From the NCBI GenBank assembly GCA_000934665.2, contig KZ538789.1:1-47639 (forward strand): DNA of 47,639 bases, read 5' to 3'. The position numbers and the translations under genes are program-made. Under the pieces are notes generated by a model. It was not told the DNA's origin. It did no database searches and saw nothing but the letters and a program-made list of their open reading frames with translations. Positions 1 to 13,200 of the stretch are shown piece after piece; the first letter of the stretch is position 1; each line of letters opens with the position of its first letter. This stretch comes from Catajapyx aquilonaris (lineage: Eukaryota).

Positions 1-358
1 ACCTCCCCCATAACACTGCGGCCAGCACTTACATGCCATTACATGATTTTTGCACTTGTACAGTACATTAATTATTACATTTGCATGACTTATAGCTGAA
101 GGCCTTCCTACTTGACAAGTTTGGTCCTGTGCCAGATGTGCTTATTGCACTGTACTATGAGATAATTTTGCAGTTGGTTTCGACGCCAATTTTTTTCGCA
201 ATTTTATTGTTTCGCCAAAATTACGTTGGTTGGAACTAATTTCGCAAATAAATTTTTTGCGGGATTTTCCCTGTGTCGTCAAGTTCACGGAAATCCCATT
301 TGCGAAAAAATACGGCGCGTGTCAAGTATCGAGTAGCAGATTGTAGTGCAAAAGTTGC

Positions 359-362
<4 letters not shown>

Positions 363-410
<48 letters not shown>
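363..410. repeat. (AG)24 microsatellite
   Basis: Direct reading. Confidence 0.98.
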
Positions 411-413
<3 letters not shown>

Positions 414-786
414 ACGTGGGCTCCCCGGGATAGAGGGAGTCCTTCACATCTCTCGCAAAAGGCTCTTGGCCTCATTCTCTTTTCAAGGCAGCGGCGGCGG
501 CCTGGCTGCTCCTTTGGAATTGGCAAAGTCTCGCTTCCAGACCGAGAGAGTTATACTCGTCTAGTTTCTGTGCGGTTGGATTTTTCGCGCTAACTTCTGC
601 GGGTGGCCTGCGGTTGGGTGAAGGCAACAACGCTCAAGGCTTTTCGCGGGATTTGCCGAACAGCTTTTATAGCCCCCTATACGGGCAGCCTCGCGCATAA
701 ATAGGCCGTTCTCCGGATTTGCATTTTCTATCAAAAGGTCCCGTTGCTAAATTTTGGCAACACTGCCCGCTCCTCACTTTAACATA

Positions 787-989
787 GTACGATATGCCAC
801 TACCAGTTTGCGAATAGCACACTCCTCCCAATCTCAGGAGGAATGTTGTACTACACGCACGTTGGTGATGAGTCACCTCGCGGACAAAGCCCACCATTGA
901 AGTGGGTCCCACCCTCTATGACCGATGCAGAGTCTCTCATTGTTGAACTGGGAAAGTCAACTTGGATATGGAGATGGAGTCGCGTATTG
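787..989 (+). repeat. Interspersed repeat, copy A (related to 42169-42433)
   Basis: Collinear shared blocks gtacgatatgcc, gtactacaYgcacgttggtgatgagtc, cgcggacaaagc, tctcattgYtgaac and gatggagtcRcgYattg. Confidence 0.8.
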
Positions 990-1021
990 TCTTTTTCTGT
1001 GGGTTGGGGAAGAGTACTGAC

Positions 1022-1457
1022 CTGGGGGTCATCCTGCTGCCTTTTGGCCTGCTCGTGTGCCCTTCTGACAGCCACGAAAGGTCGCTCTCGGTCGAACGAA
1101 TTGTCCGACAGCTGCCTGGACACCGGCTTGGCCATCTGCTGCTGTTGTTGCTGCTGCTGCTGGTACACGATGGCTCTGTCCCTGGAGGAGGACCGTCGAG
1201 GAAGCAGTGGGGACGACGGTTCTGATGTCCCTCGTCCGTTGACTACAGGCTGTTGTTGCTGCTGCAGGCTGAGTCCCAGGTCTCCCCTGGTGGTACCGGT
1301 ACCGTTGGTGGTGGCACCCAGTCTGGATTGGGCCAACTTCAGCTCAGTCAGAAGCCTCGACTCCTGCGGCTGTCTCTCTGCCCTCAGCTGCACCTCTCGA
1401 CGCTGCACCAGCTTCTGCTGCTGTCTCTGCAACCACGTCATACCGCCGTCGTTGGAC
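1022..1457 (-). CDS. tns: Tensin exon (SNDGGMTWLQRQQQKL...LLTELK...SFDRERPFVAVRRAHE...DDPQ)
   Basis: Acceptor cttccgatccgtacag|G (an alternative in-frame acceptor would start the exon at 1496), donor CAG|GTCAGT; WLxRQQQKL and SFDRERPFVAV motifs recalled from arthropod tensin/blistery. Confidence 0.9.
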
Positions 1458-4246
1458 CTGTACGGATCGGAAGAGTACACCTCGTGAGACATCATACTGT
1501 ACGTGGCCGGTTCTGGAGCCGGAGTGACTCAATCGAGTTGTCTCCAAAGTGGTTAAGAGGTCTGGAGGCGGGGCCTTTTGCGGCTGCGACCTTAATCAAC
1601 GATGTGCCTATTAAAGCATGGCGTCACTTACTCAAGGAGGGCCGTACCGATGTTGCCATGCTACACAGACCTGGCAATACTGGGTAAATGAATACAACGA
1701 AATTGGTGACGCAATTCGTAAAGGTCACACGTTGTGGTCAAGCCAAGGCTATACACAGATAAACCATAACGTAAACGGTGCACGGTCTGCGCATTTCATC
1801 AGCTCGTTATGACATGGCTAAAACCGGAGTCTGCTGCAACCTCCGCCTTATATATTTATATATCGACACGTGTTTATTTTGAGTGTAAAGACCGAACGGT
1901 GGGGGTGGTGTGGAGTGAGAGAGGAAGGGGGTATGTGCCGTATATACACATACACAGGGAGTTAATCTGCCCCGTGTATACAGGCGGATCTCTTTCCTGT
2001 TCAAAAGGGCACATGTATGGAGCTGATAATCGAGTGCGCGAGTTCGAAACCTAATAGCTTCCTATTTGCACTCGGGAGAAAATATCTGGTCGGTTTGAAC
2101 AGGAAGCAACCATTCATTGCCCGATATCCAAGTATAAATGGAAAAAAGAGCTTCACATGCCAATGGGGCCTGTTCACACGAGACAACTTTGGCACAATAG
2201 TACGGTCATCTTAACTATATCATGAAGCCAAAATTTGGCAAAACTGATAATAATCAGTATGGCAGTTACAATGAAATGGCCCGCCGATTTTACCACGTAG
2301 TACTATTCTTCATGCATAGATGTCGCATACTCCATCTGCACACTCCTGACACCGTGCGAGAGGTATCGACACTATCAGGTCGGACAAACATCCGACGGAG
2401 AGAATAATAAGCCTAAATTAGGCGACATTCGTTGGCTTTTCAGTGCAATTTCCATCGTTTCCGGTCAATTTGCATCCGTCGCTAATATCCACATTATGTA
2501 CGCAGGGCGTGGTCACTTGCAAAGAAAAAAAGTACTGTAAAATGGTCATATTGCCAGCATGTCCCTGAAGCCGGAAGTAAAGTCATCACTGCCTGGCTAA
2601 GCAATAAACCAGCTTCCTTAGGCCCATGAGGGGGGGAAAAAATGGTTAACATCCGTGCGCACCAGCGGAATTAGCGTGTACACCACAAATATGTGTCCAG
2701 ATGTTTTCTTCGGTGAGGACCCAATGAATATTGTGCGTGACACGCCCACGCGTGAAATGAGGAACATGTGCAGCTAAAGTTTGGTTTGTTGTTGACTAAC
2801 CCACCCACTCACCCAACCTCCTCCAGGTTTCCCTTGACAGATCCAATGGTGACGGAAATAGCTCCCATCCCCTTAAGCTCTTGGGGGCTTCCTGTCTTCT
2901 CCTTTCCTCCCCCCCAGGATACCCACCAATGTGCCCTGGCCTTCGGACCTGGAACACTGCCACGGGTGTACGGACTCATCACGCACCTACGCACCACGCG
3001 CTTCCTTCAAGACGCCTTCCGAGTCATAACTGCAACCATTGTACGCACAGACCAAGTGAACAAAGTGTTTCGTAACAGTCGGTTCGAACTTGAGTTATTG
3101 GTCATCTGAGGATCACTTGTGTCATATTCGTCTCCGCAGCCTTGTTAATCATTGTCTCGGATACAGCCTACGACACTCCCATCGCCTCAGTGGCTGATTA
3201 CACCTTTGTTTTTATTGTTTTTTAAGGAATGGGCTTATCTTCAGCATAACGAGATTACGTATCAGTTTATTCAGAAGATGAGGACAATTCATACTACGAA
3301 GAGCACTTCCAGTTGTTGTGAATCACTTTGTTGGAAATATCTTTTTGAAGAACTACACTGCCACATGCACGTTCGACTCACCAAAGTTGCAAAATTTTTG
3401 CAAACAATGCGAAAACCTTGTGATTTCCAGGCTGAGCAGTACCAGTGCAAATTGAGCTGATTGTGTGACAACATGGCGGAATGCACCGAGACAAATCCGG
3501 CAATCAGACTCGGAATTACTAATTTGCATATCTGGGTCGATAATCCTGGACCTACCATGGGAGTCCCAGAGTTGTCCCAGCTAATACTATAGGCCCTTCA
3601 ATAAGCCATTAAATTAACTATGGGTCGAATTATCGTCCCACTGCTAGTTAACTGCTAACTTAGCAGTCGGACGATAATAATAATAAGCAGACAAATTTAA
3701 ACTGCAACCTTGCCAAATCAAACGGCGCCAAAATCAGTGTCTGCCCCCACAATTTAATCACCCTGCCACCTAATTAGTCCGCCCAATTAATATCCCGATT
3801 GACGGCTCATTATCTGTCACCCCAGCAGATAAGCATCTGGTGGATACCTCTCCAATTATTACATAACTGTCCAGCTGTTGATCAACAAGACACAGTGTGA
3901 GAAGTAGGATGATATTAGTCGGCGGCGTTTACAAGAAGAGGTTAAGATCCCACGACTTCAACGTAACCTGCTTGGGGTTGCATCACACACACAGGGCGGC
4001 AGGCACCCCGCCCCAAGAAGTTGCCGTACTTTATCTCAAGTTTTCCGGAAGCGTCGCCCACCCATACATGGGATCGGATCGTGACACAACTTTCTAAGCA
4101 CAGATACTGGCAACGCTGTTTTGGAGTAACAACTTCGAAGAAGGAAACAGCCCGAAAGTTCAAGGGGGATAAAAAATATATATATAACGACGCCCTTTTC
4201 GTGCTAAGGAGTCAATTCGCTCGCCAATTGGTATCTCGCATGGCAT

Positions 4247-4279
<33 letters not shown>

Positions 4280-7200
4280 CGGCGGCTACTGTCCTGAGAG
4301 CTAAGTGGCCGCTAAACACCGTCATGAACCGGACCCTGATTGGCGGTTATCTCTTTCAGAAAACTTTGGACAACTTCTTTTTCGTGCGTGGTCCTTCGAG
4401 CAAATTGGTTTTTTCCTTACCTGGATTCTTCGAAGGACAGCTCATCGTCGGTGGTCCACGGTGCTGCGGGTGTCGGCGTGAGGACGGGTGACAGCGACGG
4501 GGAGTGTGACCTGGGTGTCGGTGACGTGTTGCGCATCACCTTCCGTACCAGTACAGGGGATGCAAGACCGGCTTGGGTACCCAGGACTCCCTTGTGGTTG
4601 CTGTTGCTGTAACTGAAACAGGCATGGTAGTATGCACCGTAGGATATTCCCTATGTGCAAGTAATTACCTGTGGATGGGACTGGTGGTCCTCTGGGGGCT
4701 GGGTGACCTGGCTGACCTGAGCTCCTTCCTGGTGGAGTTGGCCAGTCCTCCGTATGTGAAAGGTTGGCTGTCAGGTCGCGCGTGGTACGGTATCGCGCTG
4801 CTGTCGTCGCTGGTGTACCCATTGGGCACCACTGTCGAAGGAGTCGTGCTGACCGTCGTCATCATCGTCGTGCGGTACTGTAACGGCACCAGCCCATAAG
4901 ATAACTCTCCTTCCAAAAAAAAAGGCAGTTTCCATTGCTACAGAAAACGAGATCAATATTTTGGCCAGCTTTTTTCCATGTCATCGTCAATGTGTCTTCC
5001 TTCCCCAAACTTATACGGATCTATAGTCGGGCGCCTCTGATTTCAACTGTTACTATGGCAACCCTGCCAATCGGCGGGGAAAATCCGGCAGCATTTACTG
5101 ACCATTGCACCACAGTTGGTTGAATTTGGCTACAAGGTGGCACAGCAGTTGAAAACTTGGGTAAAGAATCCACTTGGCACTGACCACTCTGCATGCAACA
5201 AAAAAAACAAACCGGAAATTCCCATCAGTAGTCGTCAACAAAACTTTTTGATTTATCAAGGCCTTCAACCACACTGCATACTTCTTAAAGAGTTCATGCC
5301 CCTCGCAATCTAATCACAATTTGAACCATTTATAGCAGCCCGTCGATGTATGTCGCACGTCACTGGTCGCAGGGCCTTACGTGGGGTGTGGATTCCTCAA
5401 AGACCCGTCGCATGTGGGTGTCGGTGACCAGTGGTGACCTCCTCCCGGGCTTGAGGTCCGGTATGCTCTGTATGTCCAACATCATGTCGTGTAGAAGTGC
5501 GTCCAGTTCGGCGTGTGCTGCAGCCATGTCTCCTCCGCTCCTCAGCCTCCCGTTCCCTGCCGAAGAGATGCCCGAGTCCATGGAGGCCGTGGGAGTGGCC
5601 GCCCCAGTGGCCGTGGCCGGACTGGTGGCCACCTGCTTCTGGCTGGCCGGCCTCTGCTGTTGCTGTTGTTGTTGTTGCTGCTGCTGTTTGGTCACAGTGG
5701 CGTAGAGCGATCCGTCCAATGGGCCCAGCGTGTGCCCAACTGAAAAAGAGAAGCAATCTGGAGGGATGCTGAGGGAAGAAACGGTGACGCAGCATGAGAC
5801 GTCACTTGTGCGGCGGCCAATGCGCGTGGCCGTGGCCAAAGATGGCGAAAGGGGGTCGCCCTCACCCAGCAGAGAACACCTTTCGGCCGGACATGCTCGT
5901 GGTGCAATTTGTATGCGTCTCCAGCCTTGCTCTGACAGACCTTCGGCGCCTCCCACTGGCCCCCAAACTACCTAGTGTGTCTGCTGCCTACCTGATTCCC
6001 AACTGCTGATACCTCAGGTGGTGGTGGCCACATTCGCAAATATTACGACCTGCTGGAACCGGCCACAAACCCCACCCGGTTGTAATGCATCAGGTGGTTC
6101 ATTGGCAGTCTGTCAGCCTGCTGACGATTGTTTACCAAACAATTAGCATTGCAATTAATCACGGGCAGTCACACCTTCGCACTGCCTGAACTATTGCAGA
6201 TGTAAAATTTGGCGGTAAATGATGATCTGGAATAGTGCACTGTTATGGTGAGGTGAAGAATATTGCTTTTGTTACGTAAATTACTGTATTGTATACACTT
6301 GTATAATTAAATAGCTTAGGCGATACGGGCTGCAGAATCTTAGAAGACCTTTTATTGCAGCCTCTCAAAGTTGGTACCGGTACCGAAAATGTAATGTCGA
6401 AAATCGACTGGAAGCAATAACATTGATGCACCTTATACAAGGAAATAGTCGCGATGAAAATGAATAATTGATGACGGAAAATCTGCACCGCAAAATCGCG
6501 ATCGAAACATTGGAAATCGACGTATAAAAAAAAAGGCGCTTGCTGAAGAAAAAAAAAGTTTCTGCCAATTGTATAAAAACCGCCATAACTCGACTAAAAT
6601 GAAACTTATAGGAAGAAAGTTCTGATTGTTATAACGTCAGCACGTATTGGGCCAAATAATTTTTTGTAGCACTTCGTCACACTAAAATTAATTGCCGGTT
6701 TAAACTACCAGTCTGACATCCCCATGAAACGAAAAAATATATGCACAGTTCACGTACAAATCATACGCAAATATCGTCGCTGAGCATAGTTTTTGGGGCA
6801 TACTTATTGAGAACTGGGGCAATTATTTTGGGTGCTGCAAAATGAAATTTGGATATAAAAAATTGGTGCAGCACAACGAAAATCTACTGGAATCTTGTCA
6901 ACAGCATCACAGAACGAAATTTTTCGCGATGTTTGTATTTTCGGTTTCGAAAATGCAGTTGTTATGCTACTATTTTGTTGCTCACGCGGCGTGCATAATC
7001 CGCACAACAAGTTTTCTCTAATTCCCATCCTCGGTGAATGTTTCTCACCCAGCGATCCCAATCTAGATGTATCCTGTCACTCACGATTCCCGATAAGTCC
7101 GTTTTCCTTCTAATAGGCTAATTAAAGCTTTCGCAAACAGCGGCTCTTAATGCATCTTGCACAAGGAAAACCAGCGGAGTATAAATTAAAGGTGACACCA

Positions 7201-10200
7201 AAGGACATGCATATACCGTATGAAATAGCGATAACTCGTCGTGGAACTATACGTGTACTTTCGAGCATGGTCAAGGGCACATCTGCTGTACAGAGCACGT
7301 TATCGTCAGTGTGCAAATTCCTGTGAGCGACGTCAATCACACAACAGGCACGTGCCTTCATAACTTTCATAAACAGCATACCTCCCTGGGAACGAAAACT
7401 AACATTCCGAAACACCCGCGCGTGCTGAAAAAGCCATTCATCTAAAATGCCAAACTGTCCAGTAGGCTTAACAATAATAACTTAATCTCTAGCAGATATA
7501 AATCTGTCAGCAGCGAAAACCTTCAACCTGTGTTTGTGCAAGCGACATTACCAATTGAGTATAGCTCACGAGATGTGTTTGTGCTGTCCTTTTAAATTGC
7601 AAAAAGTCTGCCATGAACGTGATAGTGGAACAATAATTCTTGGAATGTCGCTCAGAGTCCTCCTCAGGACACTTTCAAATCGAACAATGGCCACCAGTGG
7701 GGCCGTAAAATGGCAACTGGTTCCATGCAAAAAAAAAAAAAATTGGGAGAGTCCATTATTACACGTGACAGTTGACAACTAATATTATCAGCTGTTTCAA
7801 AATATTAGTTTCTCTCAATGGTTCATGGATGGAGGCTGGAACTTTGAGCCAGTTCAGTGACAGAAAAGTTTGCAAAGAAACTGTTATAATGAGGTCAGAA
7901 TGGCGGTCCGCCCACCTGTGAATTGGCGTGGGTCGAACTGTCATTTCATATACCTATTCTTGCGGATTTTTCGCATAATATTGTGGTGAAAACTTGCTGT
8001 TTTTAAATAGCGAGCAACGATTTAACGCATGGCAGAGCTACAACATTACTTTCAGTCGCAATAATATGAAAGAGGCCAGTGTGACGTAGTTAATAAATGG
8101 CCCCGTTAATTTCGGCTGCGATATGACTCGTGCAAAATCCCATATTTCATCCCAGAGATTCCAACACATTTCCTTGCAACGAATCTATTCCAAGATTGCT
8201 GCGGAAGTTTTGTGGAATTACTGCGGTACTATTTAATCCCACAGAATATTGCAAACTGAAAAGTTTTCATGGTATATTATGTTGGAATTTTCAGTTCACC
8301 GGGTGTTCCCAAAATTTGGCAATTATTTCGTCCATGTACTGCAGCTGACCCTTAGAATTATACTGACCCGTGTTACAATCTTGGATCCGAATCCTAAGCA
8401 GACAGACGCCTAAGAGAAATGTCTCGACGTGTCGTCTTGGACGTTTAGCTTCCCTCCCAACTTTAAACTAGGCATATCGGCTAAAAAAGAATGGTGCACA
8501 CACAAAAAAAAACTCATCCTTGAGGTACAGGTAGCCAGATCCCGGCTACAAGAATAGCAACAAAAGGGGATTCGCACCATAAAACTTGAAACAACAAACT
8601 CAACAATGCCGTCAAACGCGAATTATGGAGCTCCCATGTTTCATAACTTTGCATTAAAAACATAGAGTGCGAATTCGACGAATTCCAATCCCTCGTCCCT
8701 GCATGATAATCCTTGCGTAATCCAATCTCCTTATCCAGAAATGAAGAGGTGTAGGAACGCAGTTTGGGCAAGGTTGTCTTTCGTACACAGAAGGCGACCA
8801 TCCAACCACACGCACACACTATACGTCCACCAACCTACGCACAAAACCATTAATCTGATGGGCACCAGAGAATGAAACGACACATTCTTCCAGCCCCTGG
8901 CACGGGGGCTAGTTATGCCCACAAAAAACACAACTTATCTCTTAAAAGACCACTAAACCATTGTTGAGCAATCTGCGAAACAGCCCCATTTGCGCAGACG
9001 ATAGGTAACCTAAGCCGCTTCAGGAATAGCGGGCCTGGGGTATTATTTACTCCTAACTCATAAATGAGTCCAGGTTGTTTTCAAACCAAGAGCCTCCTGG
9101 TTTAACTTTAGGATGCATAAACAAACTGGGCCACGCGCACCCATTGCCAGGGGGGGGCCACGGACCCATCTGGTTCTCTGCCCATTTTGGTGCACAATGT
9201 GTGTGAATACAGTGCAGGCCACTCCTCTGCTGGACGCCCTTCTGCATCCAAGCACAGATCACCCAAGGTCGCCAAAAATGGTTCGCAATTTTTTTTTGCA
9301 TTAGACACAGGTTTGGGATGATCAAGGGAGGAGCAGGACACAACTGGTTTGGCAAGGTGGTTTGTGTGACGTAGCATGCATACACCCACTGCGATTATGC
9401 CCACATGCAACGAAATGCTCCGCTCACGCATGATATCCCACTACCCGAATTACATCAGCACTAATGCAGACATAATACTTGCGCCTACCTTCTCGGTTGG
9501 GCACGGTGACTCCAGGGCTTCCATCGGTTTCGTCCTCTTCGTCGTCCACGTTTTCCATGCTGTCCCACCTAAGGATGGCCTCCAAGGAAGAGTCTGGCAG
9601 GCAGGGCTCTGGGTCATTACGCACAAGAGCCACTGCCTCCGGATGGTCCTCATGCGCAAAGTGCAGCTCCACTACCCCGTCTAATGGGAACCTCAGATCT
9701 GCAAGGGAGGGAAGCACCGCACTTGAATATTGATGACAATAAGAGGGACAGCAAGCACCATTTCATTCAGGAATTCCACCTAGAGGCGGTCAGAAATGTT
9801 AGCAATAAATACTTGCTGCCAGACTAGCAAACCTACAACTTCCAGACTAGTTTTTCTAATATGTCAATGTCATAAGAGTGAAATCACAATAGCGTCACAA
9901 GTGAACAGCTCATTCTAGAACCAATCCTGATTTTCCTGGTTGTCGCCTAAACAATGCATAATAAAGTGGCTATCTTTTGCAGCAAGTCCACTATCTAATA
10001 CTAGTGCTACTGAACACCCCTTTTAAAAGAGAAATTGCAATATTAAGATTGATAGCAACACACTCTAATCTTTACAGGAACAAAATATTCGTGCAGTGAG
10101 AGGACATCCAATGCAATGTCACACCTTGGCAAGCAACGTCCAGCTCTGGTCTGGTGAAGGTTAGCTGATTGGAATTGACTCCGCAGGTGTGGAACTGCAC

Positions 10201-13200
10201 CCTGAAGATGACCTCCCTGGATGGGTGGTCATCCTCCTGAGACTTCTTCAACCTCGGTGCGGGCAGGTGCAGGTGGTACCCCACTAGCATGACCCCTCCT
10301 CTGAGCCTCAGTCTGCGGGGAAGCTTCATCGTGTAATTTCTCTTCGTGGGACCCACTTCATACAGCCGGGAGGTGAAGAGAGGAAGGCGGCCCTCGTAGA
10401 CGCGAAGGAAGGTCAGGCAGCCACCAGCAGGTTCGAAAGCAGGGACACCCCGCACAATCACATGGCTCAGGAGCAAAGGATCCGGACTCAGCTCGGGAGA
10501 GGTGCCCGACACAAAGTTGGCAAAATATTCTAGGAACCTGAAATTAAATAATTTCAGAGTGTGAAGTTACTCAATGGCATTGCAGTCGGGAAACTGTCTA
10601 TGCACTGCAGGTATCACCATGGGTCTGCCATTGTGCAAGACATTCCTAACAATCGAGAAATCGTTATAACTGCTGTCATACAACCTGATTTTATTCCCAA
10701 TCCTAAATATCAGCCAAGGCCTTTCTGCAAATTGCGCTGTTGTTTATTCACTCTTTTACATTATTTTTTTAAACGCAGAATTCAAGGCAACTTTCTGCTT
10801 GATATGTCATGTTCTGTGTCATGTTCCTGTCCATCACTTTCTCAACTAGGAAAGTGTAATTAGTGCAGGTAATTAATGCACCAAGTACAAAAATTACTCT
10901 GGCATGATATGGACTCTTTTATTATTACTTCTAGTTGAAGTCGCAACTTATCTTCCACACAAATAGTGATATTGTAATTCTAGTTAAATTCGCCAAACAT
11001 CTGCCTGCGGATGAAAGTAGACATTAATCATTCCCATCATTACAAGTTAGTCTTCGTGCTCTATAATTAAAAATTTCACATGGTTTTGCTTAATTTTAGG
11101 ACCATTTTACTAGGCAAGCAGGTATTTTCAGTGCAAATGTGTTCCAGAGTAGTGGGTTGTTCGATTACGATGAAAAAGAGTAGAAAATGATGATAACAAT
11201 CCATGCTACAAGGATTCAAGGCTCCGACAAGCTCACTGGAAAACTGGTAATGCCGGTAACATGCACCAATGTAAATATATAGTAGACTTCAAGATTGCAA
11301 TATTTAGTAATTAGCTTGTGACTCCATCACTGACGAACACTTTTTCTAGGAAAATGTTGTTGTGTTGTATATTACGTACACACCATAATTATCAAGGGAA
11401 TTATAGGGAGACATGCACCTTTCATCCATGATTATACTCGTATAATTGGCAATTTACAATTAACAGAAATTGTTACTTTAGCTCTTCAATGGATCCGCCA
11501 TTTTTTAACAATTCTGTTGGATTAAGCGCTAATGAGTGGTCTTTTAACCATTGACAACTTGGCTTGCCGTGCTGAGCTGACCCTTCACAAAGTCAAACGC
11601 ATTAACCCATGGGCACATTGTTGTAATGCCATCCCTTACCTACACGCATGAAATATGGAAATTTTATGACAAATTTATTCAGCAATCAAGGACTTTAATG
11701 GCTCCTGGCTGCACTGCCAAGACAGTACCTTTTGTGGACTAATGTCAACAGATGACACCAAATGTAAACATACTCTACTCTAAGTGGGTTAATGTTGTTT
11801 TCATTTTCAGGGTTGCTGCACACCAAAAATGCAACACCACATTAATCATTGTCAAACTCCATTGAGAGCCTTGCCTTGCAATGTGCTAACTCATTATTAA
11901 GGATATGCAATCTAATACCAGTATTTCAAGCCCAGAGGGAACCAACATAACCTGAGACGCTCTTTACAACAATTTATCAGGCAGTAGTACCATTTCACAT
12001 CCTGAGATGTACCTTCTTTCAGACGGCGTCTCCACATGTCCTACTTTGTCGTCCAGGTACCTCTGCATGGCAAATCTGTCCAGGGCTTCAGTAGTAGCGC
12101 ACACCTTGGAATATTGCAAGTATGCAGACACAACTACACCCAGTCGCTCCCGGCCATTCCTGAAACGGAGACCACCATCAGAGCCAGCAACCACTCCCCC
12201 TAAAAACTAACAGCAGGGTCAGCTCATGGTCAAAAGGCGTATGTACACAACTTATCTTCAGGTGGTACAGCCTAGTGCATGTTTTAAAAATATATGTGCA
12301 TGACCACGAGCCGCCACTGGCTGACTGCTTGCCTGGAATGCAATACAGCGACATGTGCTGGTCCCTCCTGAAGCCATGCATCCATAGCTCTGCAGAGGGT
12401 GAAGAGTCCCTCCAGCGGAGGTGCCATTGCCTCTGGCCATCCCAACTCACAGCTATGCGGATGCACAGGTCCTCTTGGGTCTCCGCTGCCCAGGCGTCGT
12501 TGAGATACATTGAACACCTGCAAAATAGGCCAAAAAAGTCTTACTCAGGTGTGAAAAGGTGGATTCATCAGCATTCAGCTTACAGGCATGCAAAACATGA
12601 CCTTTCGACCCCCAATATTGAAGGGGTGGTTCCAACTCCTGGGGGGGCCGTCGAATTTCATTATGACACATACGCCCTTTGTGGTTATTCCCCCCTAATC
12701 TATTCAATCCAGAGGTAATTGCAACCTTGGGCTATGATGCAGGCCTATCTTGGTCGCATAAAAAATGTATTAAAACAAGGGCGAAATGAGAAATGTTTTT
12801 TATGAACATTTTTTTGTAATCCCTAACTCATTTCGCTCAACTAAGAGGCTAATCACATAATTACATTGCGTGTTGTTTGCAAGTAGCCTGTTTGCAGACC
12901 AGACGCGTCGTACCACATATGACGTCACCTGTACAGGCAAATTATCAATACATATTACTGTACATTCTTTATTCCTAAACATATCAATCACATTATATAC
13001 TTGAAGGCCTACTTCAGAGGCAACTTAGGCCCCTGAATTATACTTTCATAGTCCAATATGAAATTCAACCTAATACTATTGGCAACTACATAATAATTAT
13101 ACTCAAGAAGTACGGTAACTGGCATTTTCTCCCGGACGCGTGTGTACAACTCTTGCCTACAACTTTCTTGCTAGAATCCGCATAGTTGAGTGTCACCCTG

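Noticed and set aside
236..593. ORFs with RE/SL dipeptide repeats, plus the poly-Tyr/Ile and poly-Ser ORFs at 18.1 kb and 26.8 kb
   Set aside because: Translations of microsatellites.
843..1487. Long plus-strand Cys-rich ORFs (also 5346-5705 and 14438-14947)
   Set aside because: They are antisense shadows of tensin exons; the poly-Cys and poly-Leu runs come from reversed CAG/CAA tracts.
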